Virus record (IMG/VR): IMGVR_UViG_3300009545_000018
Location: 310,001 to 374,000 of that record
Strand: one strand, 5' to 3'
DNA: 64,000 nt
Shown: piece by piece, positions 59,314-64,000 of the stretch
Layout of the letters: each line of letters opens with the position of its first letter
How positions within the stretch are numbered: the first letter of the stretch is position 1
Program-made: the position numbers and the translations under genes
The notes under the pieces: generated by a model
The model's input: the letters and a program-made list of their open reading frames with translations, nothing else
Database searches by the model: none
Told to the model about the DNA's origin: nothing

Positions 59314-60033
59314 TTAATCTTTAAATTTGAATACATGATTTTCACAATATAACTTATATATATTATGTTTTCTGTCTAAATAAATATTTGCATCTTTATA
59401 AAGCCATTCACAAAAACGTTTGACTTGGCGACTTCCTCCAAAACACAATTTATATGTATTGTTTTTATATCTTTCTGGGTGATATATTTGCCCCCTAATA
59501 TTTAAATTTGATAAAATATTGTTTATTGAAATACACATTTCTTGTGTTGAAGCAAATTCAATATTTAATTGATCTTGATGTATATAGATACTCCCATCAC
59601 CATCAAAATATCCTCTAATAAAATGTTGAATCAAATGATTATCAATCCATTCTGGAAATGTAATATTAAAACTTTTAGCGCCATGACGCCCCTTTTTTAT
59701 TAATGATGTAGACAAATATCTACTGTTTAATTCAAGTCTATATGCAACGTATTTACCTTTATTTTTTAGTTGTTTAAATGGCGGGCGTGGTTTGCCAAAA
59801 AAATTTGCACATTTAACTAAATGATTTTGATCCATTTCTTGTAATTCTATAATAATTTGTCCGGTTTTTTCCTTATTATAAGCATCTGCATAAAAGAAAC
59901 CCAACCAATATGCTTTTTCTTCACAATTAATTTCGTCCATTAAATTTTCTGTTATAATATATTTTCTCACTATAGGATATAAAATTATGCCCAAGATACC
60001 TGAAGTTAAAATAAATTTTGTAGGAGGTCCCAT
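59314..60033 (-). CDS. Free-standing LAGLIDADG homing endonuclease (true start probably the GTG at 59970 or nearby)
   Basis: EEKAYWLGFFYADAY and HFIRGYFDGDGSI motifs, IYLDRK tail; oriented opposite to its neighbours. Confidence 0.9.
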   Translation of the reverse strand: MGPPTKFILTSGILGIILYPIVRKYIITENLMDEINCEEKAYWLGFFYADAYNKEKTGQIIIELQEMDQNHLVKCANFFGKPRPPFKQLKNKGKYVAYRLELNSRYLSTSLIKKGRHGAKSFNITFPEWIDNHLIQHFIRGYFDGDGSIYIHQDQLNIEFASTQEMCISINNILSNLNIRGQIYHPERYKNNTYKLCFGGSRQVKRFCEWLYKDANIYLDRKHNIYKLYCENHVFKFKD

Positions 60034-60869
60034 TGCCGGAAGGAGTTGAGCTAAGAATCAGTAAAGATTTGTTACAACCATTGGTTGTTAATAAGGTTGT
60101 AATGCAAGCCAATACTTGTCTTAAAGGCAGATATGCTTATGATAAAAGTGGTTTAGGTAAATTAAATCAATTAATATCTGAATTACCTTTAACAGTTTCT
60201 GAGGTGAATGTTAAAGGTAAATTTATGTATTGGGTATTTTCCAAAGATGATATAACTTTATTTTATATGTTTTCCACTTTTGGCATGACTGGTCAATGGA
60301 GTTATATTGAAGGTAAACATCCCTGTTTTGAATTTCAATTTTCGGATGGTTCTAAAATATTTTTTAATGATCCGCGCCATTTTGGAACTATTAAGTTTAC
60401 AAATAATAAGCAAGATTTACAAAATAAATTAAATGATTTGGGCTGGGATCCCTTTACTCCATTTAAAGATAATAAAAATTTTATAATAAATGCTCTTAAA
60501 TATAGTAATAAAACTATTAGTGAAGATTTGATGAATCAGAAATTATTTTGTGGTGTTGGCAATTACATACGGGCTGAGGCTTTATATGATTGTAAAATAT
60601 CTCCTTGGTGTTTAAGTAAACATTTAACTGAAGATAATATAATTAAATTATGCGAATCTATTATAAAAGTTATGGAGGAGTCATATAAGCATCAGGGCGC
60701 TACCATTAGCACTTATAAAGACGCTTATGGTGCTGAAGGAAAATATACTAGTTGTTTTAAGGTTTATGGTAAAAAGATTGATACTAATGGTTATAATATT
60801 ATAAAAGAAAAGAGTGGTGACGGTAGGACTATTCATTGGTGCCCCGACATACAAAAAATTGGGAGTTAA
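60033..60869 (+). CDS. mutM: Fpg/Nei family DNA glycosylase-AP lyase
   Basis: TTG start with AGGAGG RBS; PE N-terminus, KGKFMY, FGMTGQW, NDPRHFG, H2TH motif LMNQKLFCGVGNYIRAE, GRTIHWCP finger. Confidence 0.92.
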   Translation: MPEGVELRISKDLLQPLVVNKVVMQANTCLKGRYAYDKSGLGKLNQLISELPLTVSEVNVKGKFMYWVFSKDDITLFYMFSTFGMTGQWSYIEGKHPCFEFQFSDGSKIFFNDPRHFGTIKFTNNKQDLQNKLNDLGWDPFTPFKDNKNFIINALKYSNKTISEDLMNQKLFCGVGNYIRAEALYDCKISPWCLSKHLTEDNIIKLCESIIKVMEESYKHQGATISTYKDAYGAEGKYTSCFKVYGKKIDTNGYNIIKEKSGDGRTIHWCPDIQKIGS

Positions 60870-60870
60870 T

Positions 60871-61866
60871 ATGACTACTTTTCAAAAAATATTGCTTACT
60901 TTAGGAGTAGTTATTGCTCTTTTATTAGGATTTGTTATTTATCAGCAAAAACAAAATTCTGATCAACAAAATGCTATTGAAAAGCAAGTGGTTTTACAAA
61001 AAGAGTTAAATGATAAAATAGTAAGGGCTCAAGCAGAATATGCCACTAAAAATGATTTAGAAAATTTTATTAAAACAAACGGCATAGATTTAAAAGTAAT
61101 TCAAAATGATTTAGATAAATTATCTGCCGATTTAACTAGTACAAACAAAGTAGTTGTAAATAGTAATGGAGTAAAATCTGATCATGTAGAAAGTACTAGC
61201 TCAGAAATTAAGAACCCTAATCCAACCTTACCTACCTGTAAGGATGGTACAATTTGTCCTAATGCTGACCCATTTGGGTATTTGTCCAAACAACAAAACC
61301 TTAAATTAAATGAGCCTTTTGGAGATACTAATGTTCCAATAGGTGAAGTAGGCTTTAGTGCTTGGCAGGATAAACCATGGAATCTTAATATTTCTCCTCG
61401 TGAATATGATTTAATTACTGTAGTTGGTGAGGATGAAAATCAAAGACAATATTTTTACAACAAATTTAAAGTAAAAGTAGATGGTAAAGAGTATGATGTT
61501 AAGATTAACACATCACAATCTAAACAAGAATATCCAACAGCCAAATTTAGTTTTTGGAACCCACGTCTATTTTTAGGCATTGATAGTGGATTAAATATTC
61601 AAAGTTTTAGGGGAGAATTCGCCCCCACTCTTAATTTACAAATTATGTCATATGGGCAATTTAAGAGTCAGCCTGATTTTTCTATTTTACAAGCTGGCAT
61701 TGGTTATGGTATAGTTAGTAAAAAAATACAATTTGTATTAACTCCAGTTGCTTATAATATCGGTAAACATTTGCCGTTAATAAACAATTTATATGTAGGA
61801 CCATCTATCATGGTTAATACTCAAGGAGATATATCGATTATGGGAGCTATTAGAGTAGGATTATAA
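60871..61866 (+). CDS. Membrane-anchored coiled-coil protein with C-terminal beta-strand array (spanin-like)
   Basis: GGAG RBS before ATG at 60871; N-terminal TM helix (ILLTLGVVIALLLGFVIY), coiled coil, then amphipathic beta-strands (LQAGIGYG...IMGAIRVGL). Confidence 0.45.
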   Translation: MTTFQKILLTLGVVIALLLGFVIYQQKQNSDQQNAIEKQVVLQKELNDKIVRAQAEYATKNDLENFIKTNGIDLKVIQNDLDKLSADLTSTNKVVVNSNGVKSDHVESTSSEIKNPNPTLPTCKDGTICPNADPFGYLSKQQNLKLNEPFGDTNVPIGEVGFSAWQDKPWNLNISPREYDLITVVGEDENQRQYFYNKFKVKVDGKEYDVKINTSQSKQEYPTAKFSFWNPRLFLGIDSGLNIQSFRGEFAPTLNLQIMSYGQFKSQPDFSILQAGIGYGIVSKKIQFVLTPVAYNIGKHLPLINNLYVGPSIMVNTQGDISIMGAIRVGL

Positions 61867-62699
61867 TGCATATTAATGTTTTTACGCTTAATTGGAATGG
61901 AAAAGATAAGTTACAAACTTTATACCCAACTTTAATTAATTCATTATCAGATTTGAATTATACATGGTTTGTAAAAGATAATGGTTCTAAAGATGATTCT
62001 GTTAGTTATTTAAATTCATTAAATGATGACAAGATAAAATGTATTGCTTATAAAAATAATTTGCAAAATTTTGCAACTGGTATGAACTATTTGTTTGCTG
62101 AAGCTGCTCCGAATGATGAAGACTTAATAGTGTTACTTAATAATGATGTTATTTTTAATGATAGTAATTCATTAAAATACATGATGTCAATCATTAATAA
62201 TGATCCAAATGTTGGTGTAGTGGGCGCCCGTCTGTTATATACTGGTACAAAAAAAATACAACATGCTGGAGTAGTAATTGATAATAAGCATAAGATGCCA
62301 ATGCATTATCGAGCACATCAGGAAATAGATAAAGATTCTGAAAAGAATAGAGAATTTCAGTCCGTAACAGCTGCAGTTGTATTAACTAAAGCTAAATATT
62401 TTAAAAACATATGTACTACTAATAAGTCTGGAATTAATGGAATGGATGAAAACTTTCATTGGGCATTTGAAGATGTCTCTATGTGTTTATCTATCAAATA
62501 TAATATGAATAAGAAAATTGTATATTGTGGTAATACTAATATTTATCATGAGGAAAGCGCTTCATTAAAAAAAGTACCATCGAATAAATTGTTTATGCCA
62601 CATAACACCAATTATTTTCTTAAATTATGGGCTGATAGATATACTTTAGATCATGATGCTTATAAGAATAATAGTAAGTATCAATTGTATGAGAAATAA
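61866..62699 (+). CDS. Glycosyltransferase family 2
   Basis: VKDNGSKD, LLNNDV, VGARLLY...IQHAG, VTAAVVL, FEDVSMCL. Confidence 0.92.
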   Translation: MHINVFTLNWNGKDKLQTLYPTLINSLSDLNYTWFVKDNGSKDDSVSYLNSLNDDKIKCIAYKNNLQNFATGMNYLFAEAAPNDEDLIVLLNNDVIFNDSNSLKYMMSIINNDPNVGVVGARLLYTGTKKIQHAGVVIDNKHKMPMHYRAHQEIDKDSEKNREFQSVTAAVVLTKAKYFKNICTTNKSGINGMDENFHWAFEDVSMCLSIKYNMNKKIVYCGNTNIYHEESASLKKVPSNKLFMPHNTNYFLKLWADRYTLDHDAYKNNSKYQLYEK

Positions 62700-62702
62700 A
62701 AT

Positions 62703-63665
62703 ATGAAGAAGAAATTACTAGTTACTGGAAGTTGTGGATTTATTTTTGGTAATTTTATCAGAAAAGTAATTTATAATTATAAAGAAAAATATGATGTAGT
62801 TAGCGTTGATAAGGTACAAAATAATGCTATCAATTCTATTTATAATAATAAAAATCATGTGTTTCATATCGCTGATATTACCGATCAACATGTTATGGAT
62901 GTTATCTTTCAATTTGAAAGACCAGATATTGTAATTCATGGCGCCGCAGAGAGTCACGTTGATACTTCATTAAAAACCCCTAATGCTTTTGTGAATTCTA
63001 ATGTATTAGGAACGCAAAATATTATTAATTCTTGCGTTAAACATAATGTAGAAAAATTAATTTATATATCAACTGATGAGGTATATGGATCTTTAACATC
63101 GGAAAATGATGTAGCTTGGGATGAAACTGCTCCCCTAAACCCTAAAAACCCTTATGCCGCCACTAAAGCTGCCGGAGAACTCTTAGTAAAAGCCGCTCAC
63201 CAAGCTCATGGGTTAATTTATAATATTACCAGAAGCTCTAATAACTATGGACCCCGCCAATTCCCCGAAAAGCTTATCCCAAAGGCGATAAAATGCATTT
63301 TGGAAAATAAAAAAATACCTATTTATGGTCAGGGATTACAAATTAGAGATTGGACCCACGTCTTTGATAATTGTCAAGCTTTAATAAATATTTTAGAGAA
63401 TGGTAAAGATAATGAGGTTTATAATATTTCTGCTAATCAAGAGTTTACCAATATTGAAGTGATACAAAAAATTTGTAATACTTTAAATAAAGGACATGAG
63501 TTAGTCGAATTTATTAAAGACCCTCGTGGAAACTCTCATGATTTTAGATATTCTGTTAACTCAAGTAAATTAAGAAGTCTAGGGTGGAAACCATCTTACA
63601 AATTTAAGGATGGAATTGTTGATACCATCGAATGGTATACCACCAATAGTTGGTTTTTAAAATGA
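62703..63665 (+). CDS. rfbB: dTDP-glucose 4,6-dehydratase
   Basis: LLVTGSCGFI, HGAAESHVD, YISTDEVYG, PYAATKA (YxxxK), SNNYGPRQFPEKLIP, IRDWTHV, RYSVN. Confidence 0.93.
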   Translation: MKKKLLVTGSCGFIFGNFIRKVIYNYKEKYDVVSVDKVQNNAINSIYNNKNHVFHIADITDQHVMDVIFQFERPDIVIHGAAESHVDTSLKTPNAFVNSNVLGTQNIINSCVKHNVEKLIYISTDEVYGSLTSENDVAWDETAPLNPKNPYAATKAAGELLVKAAHQAHGLIYNITRSSNNYGPRQFPEKLIPKAIKCILENKKIPIYGQGLQIRDWTHVFDNCQALINILENGKDNEVYNISANQEFTNIEVIQKICNTLNKGHELVEFIKDPRGNSHDFRYSVNSSKLRSLGWKPSYKFKDGIVDTIEWYTTNSWFLK

Positions 63666-63868
63666 CTTTATCAGAAGCTGCTTCTGCATTAAATATACAA
63701 TATAAAAATTTATTTACATCTAATTATCATAATACTATGATGGTTGGTATTGATGAATTTAATATAATAGTTTATCTGAATAATAAAAATAATATAAATG
63801 AACTACCGACCGAGTTTGAAGGCTATCCAGTGGATATAAAAGTTATCGGTGAAATTGTTCCAGCGTAA
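63662..63868 (+). CDS. Small hypothetical protein
   Basis: ATGA overlap with rfbB; 68 aa ending LPTEFEGYPVDIKVIGEIVPA. Confidence 0.6.
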   Translation: MTLSEAASALNIQYKNLFTSNYHNTMMVGIDEFNIIVYLNNKNNINELPTEFEGYPVDIKVIGEIVPA

Positions 63869-63879
63869 TGGAGAAAAGT

Positions 63880-64000
63880 ATGTCAGCTACATCAATAACA
63901 GAAGAAGACAAAAAAGAAGAAATTGTAGATAATATTTCAAATGAAGAAGCTGTTGATATGAACAAGTTAGCAGCTCTCAAAGCAAAAAATCAAGCCAAAC
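63880..64000 (+). CDS. Hypothetical protein, 3' truncated by the window end
   Basis: GGAG RBS; open frame MSATSITEEDKKEEIVDNISNEEAVDMNKLAALKAKNQAK to the end of the window. Confidence 0.6.
   Translation, partial: MSATSITEEDKKEEIVDNISNEEAVDMNKLAALKAKNQAK

Noticed and set aside
59305-60030. gggaagtcc and aggaggtcc as a target-site duplication flanking the LAGLIDADG gene
   Set aside because: Only 7 of 9 nt match. The left copy is better explained as codons of the truncated array-2 gene, and the right copy as the Fpg RBS.
222-62957. Short antisense or overlapping ORFs in the supplied track (e.g. 222..443, 11386..11616, 19003..19320, 25044..25370, 42242..42652, 62718..62957)
   Set aside because: They are shadows of long, motif-bearing genes on the other strand or frame, without RBS or recognisable motifs.
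1-64000. CRISPR array, tRNA or rRNA genes
   Set aside because: Intergenic gaps are short, with no regularly spaced repeats or cloverleaf-like sequence seen by eye.
63880-64000. Possible N-terminal extension of a PhuZ/FtsZ-like tubulin
   Set aside because: Only 40 low-complexity residues are visible, with no tubulin signature inside the window.

Overview
AT-rich, almost entirely plus-strand segment that reads as the virion morphogenesis region of a large contractile-tailed (myovirus-type, probably jumbo) bacteriophage. It holds, in order, putative neck/head-completion genes, a tail fibre, a holin-like gene, tail terminator, sheath, tube, a tail-assembly chaperone with a -1 slippery site, tape measure, tube initiator, hub, spike, gp25-like, baseplate J-like, and large wedge/fibre proteins. 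An accessory block follows: an FGE-sulfatase-fold lipoprotein, three glycosyltransferases, Fpg/Nei glycosylase, a spanin-like membrane protein and dTDP-glucose 4,6-dehydratase. No capsid, portal, terminase, tRNA, rRNA or CRISPR array was seen. Free-standing homing-endonuclease genes are frequent: 2 LAGLIDADG, 1 GIY-YIG, 1 intact and 1 decayed HNH, and 1 Vsr-like relic. The most unusual signals are four. (1) Two distant tandem arrays of about 90-240 aa orphan proteins (11 genes plus one truncated copy) all end in the same amphipathic K-L-K-x-F-hydrophobic tail. (2) Protein-level, codon-recoded duplicates of neighbouring gene termini lie next to both LAGLIDADG genes. (3) A 2H-phosphoesterase is fused to a ParB/Srx domain. 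(4) A tail protein carries a split dockerin-like pair. All calls come from motif recognition by eye; no database searches were run.
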